27,999 nt of DNA, taken from Bdellovibrionota bacterium. GTDB taxonomy: Bacteria > Bdellovibrionota_C > UBA2361 > OMIW01. Below are positions 1 through 7,739 of this stretch, piece after piece. Within the stretch, counting starts at the first letter, position 1. The number at the start of each line of letters is the position of its first letter. Where the stretch lies: positions 1-27,999 of the forward strand of contig JBIJBT010000032.1 of assembly GCA_044345055.1 (NCBI GenBank), given 5' to 3'. The position numbers and the translations under genes were made by a program. The notes under the pieces were generated by a model, which was not told the origin of the DNA, did not search any database, and worked only from the letters and a program-made list of their open reading frames with translations.

Positions 1-38
1 AGCCCTTAACTTTATAACCAGACCAAACCGCAAAAAGT

Positions 39-126
39 CGGAGAGAGAGGGATTCGAACCCTCGATAGGGGATTAGCCTATACACGCTTTCCAAGCGTGC
101 GCCTTCAGCCACTCGGCCATCTCTCC
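39..126 (-). tRNA. tRNA-Ser(GGA)
   Basis: Reverse complement GGAGAGATGGCCGAGTGGCTGAAGGCGCACGCTTGGAAAGCGTG...GGGTTCGAATCCCTCTCTCTCCG. Anticodon arm CACGC-TTGGAAA-GCGTG, long variable arm, TTCGAAT T-loop, discriminator G, no encoded CCA. Confidence 0.97.
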
Positions 127-219
127 AGAAAAGCTTTCTCTATTAGAAATCCGCCGCCCCGTAATCTTTTCAAAGGTGGAAAAGAAAAATGGCTCGACAG
201 AAATACGGAAAAAAAGAAA

Positions 220-293
220 CGCGCTCTGAGAGATTCGAACTCCCGGCCTTCTGATTCGTAGTCAGATGCTCTATCCAGCTGAGCTAAGAGCGC
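220..293 (-). tRNA. tRNA-Arg(ACG), the A34-to-I34 substrate of TadA
   Basis: Reverse complement GCGCTCTTAGCTCAGCTGGATAGAGCATCTGACTACGAATCAGAAGGCCGGGAGTTCGAATCTCTCAGAGCGCG. Anticodon arm TCTGA-CTACGAA-TCAGA; no encoded CCA. Confidence 0.97.
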
Positions 294-398
294 TTACGGG
301 CTGCATTGTAAACAGATTCTTATCGAATACGCAAAGTCTGCTAGAGCTGTTTTTATTCGATTGGGGGAGAGCTTTGTTCTTGATTCGAAACTCACGGC

Positions 399-427
399 CG
401 TATCTGGCTCGAGGCTTGCCAGATACG
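399..427. repeat. Perfect 10-bp inverted repeat between divergent tRNA genes
   Basis: CGTATCTGGC (399-408), 9-nt spacer, GCCAGATACG (418-427). Confidence 0.8.
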
Positions 428-459
428 CCCTGTTTCAGGTACCTTTCATAAGCCGATAC

Positions 460-546
460 GGAAGGATGGCCGAGTGGTTTATGGCGCTGGTCTTGAAAAC
501 CAGTGACTCCGAAACGGGTCCGGGGGTTCGAATCCCTCTCCTTCCG
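460..546 (+). tRNA. tRNA-Ser(TGA)
   Basis: GGAAGGATGGCCGAGTGGTTTATGGCG-CTGGT-CTTGAAA-ACCAG, long variable arm, GGGGGTTCGAATCCCTCTCCTTCCG; no encoded CCA. Confidence 0.97.
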
Positions 547-731
547 GTTTTTACGAGTTCCGGGTGTTAAGAGGCGAAGTTTGCGACTAGCCTGTTTCAA
601 TTCGTAAAATGGCCGAAGTAATGGGTGATGGCAGAGTTGCCGCAGAATTGACGCCGAATCTTCGCGCGCCCGATGATAATATTCGGGTAGCGAAGTTTGG
701 AGGTAGACGAAATTCTGGAGTGCAGAACTGT

Positions 732-822
732 GGAGAGATGGCCGAGTGGCTGAAGGCGCTCGCCTGCTAAGCGAGTGTACGGCTTTTAAACTGTACCGAG
801 GGTTCGAATCCCTCTCTCTCCG
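732..822 (+). tRNA. tRNA-Ser(GCT)
   Basis: GGAGAGATGGCCGAGTGGCTGAAGGCG-CTCGC-CTGCTAA-GCGAG, variable arm, GAGGGTTCGAATCCCTCTCTCTCCG; no encoded CCA. Confidence 0.97.
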
Positions 823-886
823 TTCAGACTCTTGTTAAAGGCTCTCTCTGGTTGAAGGAACCAGAGCTGCTGATACGGTAAATCGT

Positions 887-1366
887 ATGCGCAATCGGTC
901 GCGTCGCGTCACTCCTGAGGTCGTCAGCGATTGGATGGGGTACGCTCTCGAGCAAGCAGCTGAGGCTTCGGCAGCGGGGGAGGTTCCGGTCGGGGCTGTG
1001 TTGATTCAGGATGGCCTTATCATCGCTCGCGGACGCAATCGCACCGAGGAGCGTCAGAGCCCGGTAGCTCATGCAGAGCTGGTTGCTCTTGAGTCTGCGT
1101 CGCAGAGCCTGGGGCAGTGGCGATTGGCGGACTGCACTCTTGTAGTCACCCTCGAACCGTGCACCATGTGTGCGGGAGCAGCGATACTATCTCGAGTGGG
1201 GACGATTGTGTATGGAGCGAGAGAGCCGCGAACTGGGGCGCTCGGGTCTCTATACGACGTAAGTCTTGCTATCGAAGAAAATATCCGTCCTCTCGTAATC
1301 GGTGGAGTGCGGGAAGTTGAGTGCATCAGCCTTTTGCAGAGCTTCTTCGCGGGAGTTCGGCGCTAG
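887..1366 (+). CDS. tadA: tRNA adenosine(34) deaminase
   Basis: GEVPVGAV, Zn-binding HAE and TLEPCTMCAGA motifs, VYGAREPRTGA, C-terminal LLQSFF..RR. Located near tRNA-Arg(ACG). Confidence 0.95.
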   Translation: MRNRSRRVTPEVVSDWMGYALEQAAEASAAGEVPVGAVLIQDGLIIARGRNRTEERQSPVAHAELVALESASQSLGQWRLADCTLVVTLEPCTMCAGAAILSRVGTIVYGAREPRTGALGSLYDVSLAIEENIRPLVIGGVREVECISLLQSFFAGVRR

Positions 1367-1523
1367 TAGGGGTCGCCAATAGGGCTCGCTGAGTCGCAAG
1401 CGGTGCTCGGTTGGGTGATTGAATCGAGGTGGTGGATCGGATAATCTCCGTTTTCTGTTCGATTCTGAGCACGCAGAGCAGGGATTGGCAGGTTAAGCAG
1501 AGGGAGACGGTTAGGAGAGAAAG

Positions 1524-1561
1524 TTAAGGAGAGCAATTTAAGGAGAGCAATTTAAGGAGAG
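1524..1561 (+). repeat. 14-bp tandem repeat TTAAGGAGAGCAAT (about 2.7 copies) running into the 5' end of tRNA-Ser(CGA)
   Basis: TTAAGGAGAGCAAT (1524-1537), TTAAGGAGAGCAAT (1538-1551), TTAAGGAGAG (1552-1561); a degenerate copy TTAGGAGAGAAAG lies at 1511-1523. Confidence 0.9.
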
Positions 1562-1642
1562 ATGGCCGAGTGGCTGAAGGTGCCTGACTCGAAATCAGGT
1601 TTACGGGAAACCGTAACGGGGGTTCGAATCCCTCTCTCTCCG
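1556..1642 (+). tRNA. tRNA-Ser(CGA)
   Basis: GGAGAGATGGCCGAGTGGCTGAAGGTG-CCTGA-CTCGAAA-TCAGG, variable arm TTACGG-GAAA-CCGTAA, GGGGGTTCGAATCCCTCTCTCTCCG; no encoded CCA. Confidence 0.97.
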
Positions 1643-1715
1643 TTTTACATTCTCCCTTTTTCGCGCCCCCCCGATTCCGAGCAGTTCTTCAAACCCCACG
1701 CACCAAAACCTCGCT

Positions 1716-2336
1716 CTATCGGAAACCCAAAGTTTCCAAGACGTGAGCAATAATCGCTGATGGGTCAAAATTGCTTCCCGTTAGGCAGAGAGTTATTCCA
1801 TCGTCGAAGCGGGCTTCTAGCTCTCTTTTCCTACGGGCAAGGTCGCGCACGTTAAGCTTGTCGGCTTTTGTTACTATCACGATAGCCGGAATGCGACGCT
1901 CGCGGGCGATATCAATGACCTCGAGCTCCTCATCCTCCGGATCTCGCCGCACATCGTTAAGCACACACACAGCTGATAAAGATCGTCGCTTCAAGAGATA
2001 AGCTACCGTTGCTTTCTCAAGGACTACCCGCTTCTTTTTTGAAAATTGTGAATAGCCAAACCCCGGGAGGTCAACAAGCATCATTTGATGTCGTGTTTCA
2101 CCATCGATAATGTGAGCCTGAAAGAAATTAAACTCTTGGGTTCGACCTGGAGTGCCGCTTGCACGTGCTAAGGAGCGTCGGCCTGTGAGCCGATTTATAA
2201 GGGTCGATTTACCTACATTTGTCCTTCCGATGAAAGCAACTTCGGGTATTGATATGTCGGGGAGGGTTGCTGGATCAGCCGCGCCCAGAATAAATTGAGC
2301 CTCTACCACCCTTACTGGACTATTTTTTTGAGTCAT
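1716..2336 (-). CDS. engB: Ribosome biogenesis GTPase EngB/YihA/YsxC
   Basis: PEVAFIGRTNVGKSTLIN (G1), SGTPGRTQ (G2), VDLPGFGY (G3), TKADK (G4). Confidence 0.93.
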   Translation of the reverse strand: MTQKNSPVRVVEAQFILGAADPATLPDISIPEVAFIGRTNVGKSTLINRLTGRRSLARASGTPGRTQEFNFFQAHIIDGETRHQMMLVDLPGFGYSQFSKKKRVVLEKATVAYLLKRRSLSAVCVLNDVRRDPEDEELEVIDIARERRIPAIVIVTKADKLNVRDLARRKRELEARFDDGITLCLTGSNFDPSAIIAHVLETLGFR

Positions 2337-2487
2337 CTGTTTCTGTCCCCTTGCTCATTTTGACTGAAATAGCTCTCTCTATTTTATTTAATCGGTGGGT
2401 CAGCAAGAAAATGTATCCAACGATAAAAATCCATATTACCGCATAACCGGCAAATAGAGAGGGGAAGGTATCGGGTGTTGTTGTCAT
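2320..2487 (-). CDS. ccmD: CcmD-family small heme exporter subunit (55 aa, not in the ORF track)
   Basis: Hand translation: MTTTPDTFPSLFAGYAVIWIFIVGYIFLLTHRLNKIERAISVKMSKGTETDDSKK*. One TM helix with the LFAxYxxxW...GY pattern, then a charged tail. Directly downstream of ccmC; overlaps the engB start by 17 nt. Confidence 0.85.
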   Translation of the reverse strand: MTTTPDTFPSLFAGYAVIWIFIVGYIFLLTHRLNKIERAISVKMSKGTETDDSKK

Positions 2488-2552
2488 AGAAGTGAACGGA
2501 AAAACTTACAAATTCTCGCCGATTGCACGAGTTCCAAAAAGGCCAGCTCTGT

Positions 2553-3227
2553 TTATTCCTGATGCAGAATGGCACGTTCATAAAAACCGATTCGCGATCG
2601 AAGAGCTACTAACCAAATTGTAAAAGCGCAAAGCGCCACGGTTGTCACCAGAAAAGCTACTACGAAAAGGGGATGGCGAAGCCCTTGCTGTTCGACAACC
2701 TGGGGATGAAGCTGGGATGCCTGAGGTAGCAATTTTACGGATAACCATACGAGGGGTACCGTCGAAGAGCCGATGATCGAGAGAATCGCGGCCTGGGCGG
2801 AGGAGCTCTCTTTACCAGCGTAGGTGCGAAGAAGTACAAAGGCTAGAAAAATCAGCCAGAGGAGAAGAAAAGTTACGAGGCGAGGTTCCCAGCGAAACCA
2901 GGTGTTCCATGCCGAGTGTGCCCAGATCATGCCGGAGAGCAACACGATTGAGCAGAGCAAAAATCCAACCTCGCCAGCGGCTTCATTTAGCGAATCATAA
3001 AAGTGGCTCTTTGAAACGAGAAATAGGACTCCAGTAATAAAAGCTACTCCAAACGCAAGATATGCTCCAAAAGCGGCACCAACATGAAAATAAAAAATTC
3101 GTTGAACTGCTCCCATGACCTGCTCGTTCGGAACTTTCATGAAAACAAGCCAGAGCGCTACCGCCACAAGAATAGCAGCAGCGGCTCCCGAGATCCGTTC
3201 AGTCGTAGTGTGCCAGTGTGGAATCAT
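2553..3227 (-). CDS. ccmC: Heme chaperone/exporter CcmC (cytochrome c assembly protein)
   Basis: QRIFYFHV (first His ligand), Trp-rich motif GMIWAHSAWNTWFRWEPRL, QLHP (second His), about 6 TM segments. ATGA overlap with ccmB. Confidence 0.93.
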   Translation of the reverse strand: MIPHWHTTTERISGAAAAILVAVALWLVFMKVPNEQVMGAVQRIFYFHVGAAFGAYLAFGVAFITGVLFLVSKSHFYDSLNEAAGEVGFLLCSIVLLSGMIWAHSAWNTWFRWEPRLVTFLLLWLIFLAFVLLRTYAGKESSSAQAAILSIIGSSTVPLVWLSVKLLPQASQLHPQVVEQQGLRHPLFVVAFLVTTVALCAFTIWLVALRSRIGFYERAILHQE

Positions 3228-3943
3228 GACTTCACCGCAAAATCATAGAGATTTAGTCCGCCGACACCATATACCACATCGGCGACGATGAGGAGGGGGA
3301 GCCAGGCGGAGTTGCTGATTCCACCGCCAATAAGGGATTCCGAGACAAGCTCGATTCCTGCAAGGGTAAGGGGAAATGAGAGGGGAATTGCAAGGAGCGG
3401 GAGCAATATTCCCTGAAGGCGAACATTAATCGTGATCGTCGCAAGAAGAACCAAGAGGGACGCATAGCCCACCGAGAGCAGGCTGGTAATAAGTATTAGC
3501 TCTTGCCATGCGGAAACTAGCGATACTCCGAGAAGTACACAAAGAGTTGTTGTGCTCACCACTGCGCTTGCCGAGATAAAGAGCGTTATGGCCGCTATCT
3601 TTGATAGGAAGAGGCACGAGGAGGGAATTTCTAAAACTCGAAGAGCATCAATCGCACGTTCTCGATATTCTATGTTACAGCCATGCTCAACGAACGACAT
3701 AATCGAAAAAAAGAGACTTGCAACGATAAGTGCCGGAGCGATTCGGGTCACGATATCGGTGGACAATAGAGCGCTGCTTATGCCTATTGCAAGCACAATA
3801 GCATTCATCATCGAAAGGGTGGCGAGGGAGAGAGCACCCTCACGAGAGGAACAAAAAAGGGAGATATCTTTCCTGAAAAGAAGCCAACAGATTCGCAATC
3901 CCGAGGGACGATTAGGAGCAGTGGGTAGTGTCTGATGTACCAT
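3224..3943 (-). CDS. ccmB: Heme exporter permease CcmB
   Basis: LFRKD near the N-terminus, E.RERAIDAL loop, LFLSK, ILLPLLAIPLSFP, about 6 TM segments; lies between ccmA and ccmC. Confidence 0.88.
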   Translation of the reverse strand: MVHQTLPTAPNRPSGLRICWLLFRKDISLFCSSREGALSLATLSMMNAIVLAIGISSALLSTDIVTRIAPALIVASLFFSIMSFVEHGCNIEYRERAIDALRVLEIPSSCLFLSKIAAITLFISASAVVSTTTLCVLLGVSLVSAWQELILITSLLSVGYASLLVLLATITINVRLQGILLPLLAIPLSFPLTLAGIELVSESLIGGGISNSAWLPLLIVADVVYGVGGLNLYDFAVKS

Positions 3944-3954
3944 AAAGCAGCACT

Positions 3955-4641
3955 CTATCGATTGAGACGGTGATAAATATCGAGCGCTTCAGAGATGTCT
4001 CCACCGCTGCCCGAATCAGCTACTATCGTTCCCCGACCGAGGACTAAAACTCGTGATGCAACAGGTAGGAGTCTTGAAATGTCGTGGGTTGCAATAATAG
4101 CAACGCACCTCTCTGTGACCTTCGCAGAGACTGTGTCGATAAAAAGGTTGGTGGAGGAATCGTCGAGGTTGCTTGTCGGCTCATCAAACAGGAGAAGTTG
4201 AGCCTGAGAAGTTAATGCTCGGACAAGCGAGAGTCGAGTTGTCAAACCACGCGAGAGAAGTGATGTGCGGGTATGCAAATGCTCCGAAAGTCCCCACTTG
4301 CTGATAGATTCTTGGGGAAGTGCTTGCCCATTGAGTGAACAGAGGAGCTCAAGGTTTTGTTGAGTGGTTAATCCTCCATACATCATCGAGTCGTGGCTTA
4401 CCAGGGAAGTACCCCGATGGTGCCGAATAATCGTGCCGCTTTGAGGCTCAAGTAGCCCAGCTAGAATTCTCAAAAGAGAGCTTTTGCCAGCACCGTTTTG
4501 ACCCAGGAGCAATATTATTTCGTGAGGCCCTCCGATTAGAGATACCTTAGATAGAGCAAAAGATCCGCGACGAAGAGATAACCGATCGGCACGAATGAGA
4601 AATGTCTCCTCGGTGTTGAGCGCAGAGCTGTTTTTATCCAT
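3955..4641 (-). CDS. ccmA: Heme ABC exporter ATP-binding protein CcmA
   Basis: Walker A GQNGAGKSS, signature variant LSRGL, Walker B LLLFDEP, H-loop ATHD; operon context. Confidence 0.88.
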   Translation of the reverse strand: MDKNSSALNTEETFLIRADRLSLRRGSFALSKVSLIGGPHEIILLLGQNGAGKSSLLRILAGLLEPQSGTIIRHHRGTSLVSHDSMMYGGLTTQQNLELLCSLNGQALPQESISKWGLSEHLHTRTSLLSRGLTTRLSLVRALTSQAQLLLFDEPTSNLDDSSTNLFIDTVSAKVTERCVAIIATHDISRLLPVASRVLVLGRGTIVADSGSGGDISEALDIYHRLNR

Positions 4642-4702
4642 GCCATCCTCTTTTTAGCGCGATTCACCCGCGTGGAGAGGCCCGAAAAAAACTGGAATAA
4701 AA

Positions 4703-4954
4703 CTAATCAGCGTCAAGTTCTCCCTTCATTCGGGAGAAATCGTCAGGATCAAGTTTCCCCAATTCTTGGTCCGCCACTAGATCGGCGAGCTGTTGGTTGC
4801 GTCGAAGTGTGCGGTCATTCGTGTCAGCAGAACCGCCCACCAATGGCTCGCGAGTGGGGGTATCACCTGCAAAAATTGGAGCTAATATCCAAAGAATCGA
4901 CGCGAGAGTGATGATCGCAAAAATACCGTAGATTACTAACACTGAGAATTCCAT
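4703..4954 (-). CDS. Small membrane protein resembling the N-terminal (TM plus cytoplasmic helix) part of CcmI/CycH
   Basis: N-terminal TM helix, then QLADLVADQELGKLDPDDFSRMKGEL, matching the CcmI-type L.EL..D...G.I...EY.....EL pattern. Lies between ccmF and ccmA; no TPR domain. Confidence 0.65.
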   Translation of the reverse strand: MEFSVLVIYGIFAIITLASILWILAPIFAGDTPTREPLVGGSADTNDRTLRRNQQLADLVADQELGKLDPDDFSRMKGELDAD

Positions 4955-4970
4955 ATTCGATAGCGGAGCT

Positions 4971-6944
4971 TTATTGCTTTAAAGTGGTTGATTCATTGAG
5001 GCGTGGTATTAGGGCTGCAAGAGTTCCCGCTATCATCACCAAAACTCCGAACCACAACCAGACCTGAAGAGGGTTGATGAAAACTTTGATGGCGACACTA
5101 CTATCTTCTGGATTAACCCCGGCAAGAACAATATAGAGGTCTTCAAGCCAGTTCATTCTCAGAGCAATCTCAGAGGTCGTTTCGCTATTTCGTCGATAGC
5201 GACGCATCTCGGGCTTCATAGTGAGGAGCGGAGTTGAAGCGGTATCCCCAGAAAACACACTCAGGTGAGCAACGAGTGACTCGTAAGTTGATGTTTCATC
5301 ACCGGTCACCTCATCGAGCACAAGTCTATATCGACCAACGGTAGCATCACCTCCCGGCTTTATGCTGAGCTCCCGCTCAGTTTTATGTGCCATTGATGCA
5401 GTTATGGCTATTGCCGTTATTGCGACCCCAAGATGAACTAATCCCCCGGCTAGACGTCGTTGGTGCTTTTTCACTGCCGTTGTTGTTGCCGCGATGAGAT
5501 TTAAATTGGTCGCGCGCTGTGCACGAATCGCGCGAGAAAATTCAAGCAGCACTGTGAGAGCAACAAACCAGCTTAGGGAATAGGAGAGATTCGCGTAAAG
5601 ATTATGGACTCCGAGTATCAGCAAAAAGGTTCCCACCAGAACGGCTCCGATAGCGGGGGCGAGACACGCTTTGAGCAATCGTTGTGGATTTGAGCGACGC
5701 CACGCCACTGCTGGACCGACTCCCATGAGAAGGAGCATGAGCAAAAAAAACGGTATCGTGACTGCGTTAAAAAATGGAATACCAATTGTCTGCTTTACTC
5801 CCGTTACTGCCTCTGAAAGTACCGGAAAGAGAACCCCCCAAAGAACGGCAAAACAGATGCTCAGAAAAACGAGATTATTGAGGAGGAAAAACGCTTCACG
5901 GGAGAGAAAGCTCTCTAGAGAACGCTCCGAGCGAAGTTCGTTCCGACGGAGCCAACTGAGCCAACTTAAGGTTGTAACCAACCCTCCGAGATAGAGAAGA
6001 AATAACCATCCGATATCGGTTGAAGCGAATGCATGGATGCTTTGGACGATGCCCGATCTGGTGAGGAAGGTGCCAAAGACGGTCAGCCCGTACGTTAGAC
6101 CTATCAACCAAACATTCCAAAATCGGAGCATCTGTTTGCGCTCCTGAATCATGACAGAGTGAAGAAAGGCAGTTCCTGTAAGCCACGGTAGGAATGATGA
6201 GTTCTCGACCGGATCCCACGCCCAAAAACCTCCCCAACCTAGCTCAAGATACGCCCAGTGACCTCCGAGCGTTATACCAACCGTCAGAAAACCCCATGCT
6301 ATTAGGGTCCATCGCCGAGTCTTCATTATCCACTCATTCGAGAGATTTCCAGAGGCAAGTGCGCCGAGACAGAAAGCAAATGGGATCGCAAACAGAGTGA
6401 AACCTGCGTATAGCATAGGCGGGTGAATCGCCATGTAGGGATTTTGAAGAAGAGGATTTAATCCATTTCCATCGGCGGGAACCACGGGGACCTGAAGGTA
6501 TCGGAACGGATTGGTGCTAAAGAGAGTTACTGAAGTGAAGAAAAGAGTTGATGAATGGGCCGCTACAAGAACCCAAGACATGAACGGCGACGCCAATTTT
6601 CGAGACTGGTACGCAAGCAGAGAAACACCCAATCCAAGGAAAGTTGCCCATAAAAGCATGGATCCATCCATGCCACCCCAAACAGCCGTTACCTTATAAA
6701 TCGTCGGCATATCTCTGTTGGAAAATTGCCAGACGAACTGATTTGTATAGTCATTTTGCAGGAAAGCTCCCGCAAGACAGCTAAGCGATAAGAACAAAAA
6801 CAATCCGCAGCATATCGTTCCTCTCGCCGTTGCGGAAAAAAGAGATGGCGATGACCTGCGAGCAGCCACAAAACCGCATACCATCGAAGAGACGCAAAAG
6901 AACCATCCGAGTATGAGGAAGAGGTGGCCGAGATCAGAAAACAT
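4971..6944 (-). CDS. ccmF: Cytochrome c heme lyase subunit CcmF
   Basis: WGGMDGSMLLW, GLNPLLQNPYMAIHPP, WAYLELGWGGFWAWDPVENSSFLPW, GTFLTRSGIVQSIHAFA, LVHLG, INPLQVWLW. Confidence 0.97.
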   Translation of the reverse strand: MFSDLGHLFLILGWFFCVSSMVCGFVAARRSSPSLFSATARGTICCGLFLFLSLSCLAGAFLQNDYTNQFVWQFSNRDMPTIYKVTAVWGGMDGSMLLWATFLGLGVSLLAYQSRKLASPFMSWVLVAAHSSTLFFTSVTLFSTNPFRYLQVPVVPADGNGLNPLLQNPYMAIHPPMLYAGFTLFAIPFAFCLGALASGNLSNEWIMKTRRWTLIAWGFLTVGITLGGHWAYLELGWGGFWAWDPVENSSFLPWLTGTAFLHSVMIQERKQMLRFWNVWLIGLTYGLTVFGTFLTRSGIVQSIHAFASTDIGWLFLLYLGGLVTTLSWLSWLRRNELRSERSLESFLSREAFFLLNNLVFLSICFAVLWGVLFPVLSEAVTGVKQTIGIPFFNAVTIPFFLLMLLLMGVGPAVAWRRSNPQRLLKACLAPAIGAVLVGTFLLILGVHNLYANLSYSLSWFVALTVLLEFSRAIRAQRATNLNLIAATTTAVKKHQRRLAGGLVHLGVAITAIAITASMAHKTERELSIKPGGDATVGRYRLVLDEVTGDETSTYESLVAHLSVFSGDTASTPLLTMKPEMRRYRRNSETTSEIALRMNWLEDLYIVLAGVNPEDSSVAIKVFINPLQVWLWFGVLVMIAGTLAALIPRLNESTTLKQ

Positions 6945-7044
6945 GACGAATAACTACAAATACGGTTGTTGTTCAGCTTCAGAGTGTGAACGAGTTACTG
7001 CTCCCCAAATGGGTGCAAAGTAACGTTTTTCACCCTTAAAGCAA

Positions 7045-7464
7045 TTATTTTTGACTCTTCTCGGAGCCAGGTACAGATGGCTCATATTTTGAGGGACACT
7101 GGGTCAGCAAGTGTGCCGCATAAAAAGTTCCCCCTTTCCAATCGCCATCTACTAAAACGTCGCGTCCAGGGGCAAACATATCGGGTTTTATGTCGCGATA
7201 CACGACCGCAACTGTTGAGCCCGGTCTTTCTCTATCTTCGAGACGAAATGAGAGGACAAATAAGGGAGTTGTTTCGTATGAGAGGCCATCAGCTGCGACC
7301 CGTCCCCCCATCCGTACCCTCAATTTATCCTCATTCGAAGTGGCAGCGAGATCAGCCGGCGTAAGGACGAGTGATGCCGTGGAGCGAGTCGATTGCCAAA
7401 TGAGGATGATGGCTATCGTAAAGCAGCCGAGGAGAAGACTTACAAAACGTGTACGACCTGACAT
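7045..7464 (-). CDS. ccmE: Heme chaperone CcmE, CxxxY variant
   Basis: N-terminal membrane anchor, RVRMGGRV, VVYRDIKPDMFAPGRDVLVDG, and C-terminal LLTQCPSKY in place of the canonical AKHDENY. Confidence 0.93.
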   Translation of the reverse strand: MSGRTRFVSLLLGCFTIAIILIWQSTRSTASLVLTPADLAATSNEDKLRVRMGGRVAADGLSYETTPLFVLSFRLEDRERPGSTVAVVYRDIKPDMFAPGRDVLVDGDWKGGTFYAAHLLTQCPSKYEPSVPGSEKSQK

Positions 7465-7739
7465 AGCAGTGGGACATTCAAATGGTACAGGCGGAACTGA
7501 TGAGTGCCTTGTACTTTCAGCTTTCAGAAAAAAGCTCTCTTGAGCCCGATTTGGCAGCGTGTAGCTTCCGCGATTAACCGAAAGGCTCGAGGGAATCTTC
7601 CGCCCTCAAGTGTATACTGAACCGCAGGTAATGCAAAATGAGCGCGATTTTGGGCCGCTGAACGAAGAAAATCTAAGTATAAGTGCTTGCAGAGTGAGGA
7701 GAAATTGATTTTCTTTTACCCATTTTGGCTAAAATTCAC

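Noticed and set aside
266..600. Short ORFs at 266-451, 271-600 and 361-570 (also 1562-1753)
   Set aside because: They overlap tRNA genes and are translations of tRNA sequence.
1213..1236. TadA Glu at the E. coli D108-equivalent position (GAREPRTG), relevant to base editors
   Set aside because: A conservative change that also occurs in other natural TadA proteins; not evidence of DNA editing.
1367..1555. Possible SRP RNA (ffs), often found near tadA/tRNA-Ser
   Set aside because: No CAGG-N-GRAA-N-AGCAG helix-8 motif was found.
1511..1561. Repeat considered as a CRISPR array or att site
   Set aside because: The units are 14 bp with no spacers, no cas or integrase gene is present, and the repeat matches the tRNA 5' end rather than the 3' end.
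2384..2581. 65-aa minus-strand ORF after ccmC
   Set aside because: It has no recognisable features; the CcmD-like protein is in a different frame (2487 to 2320).
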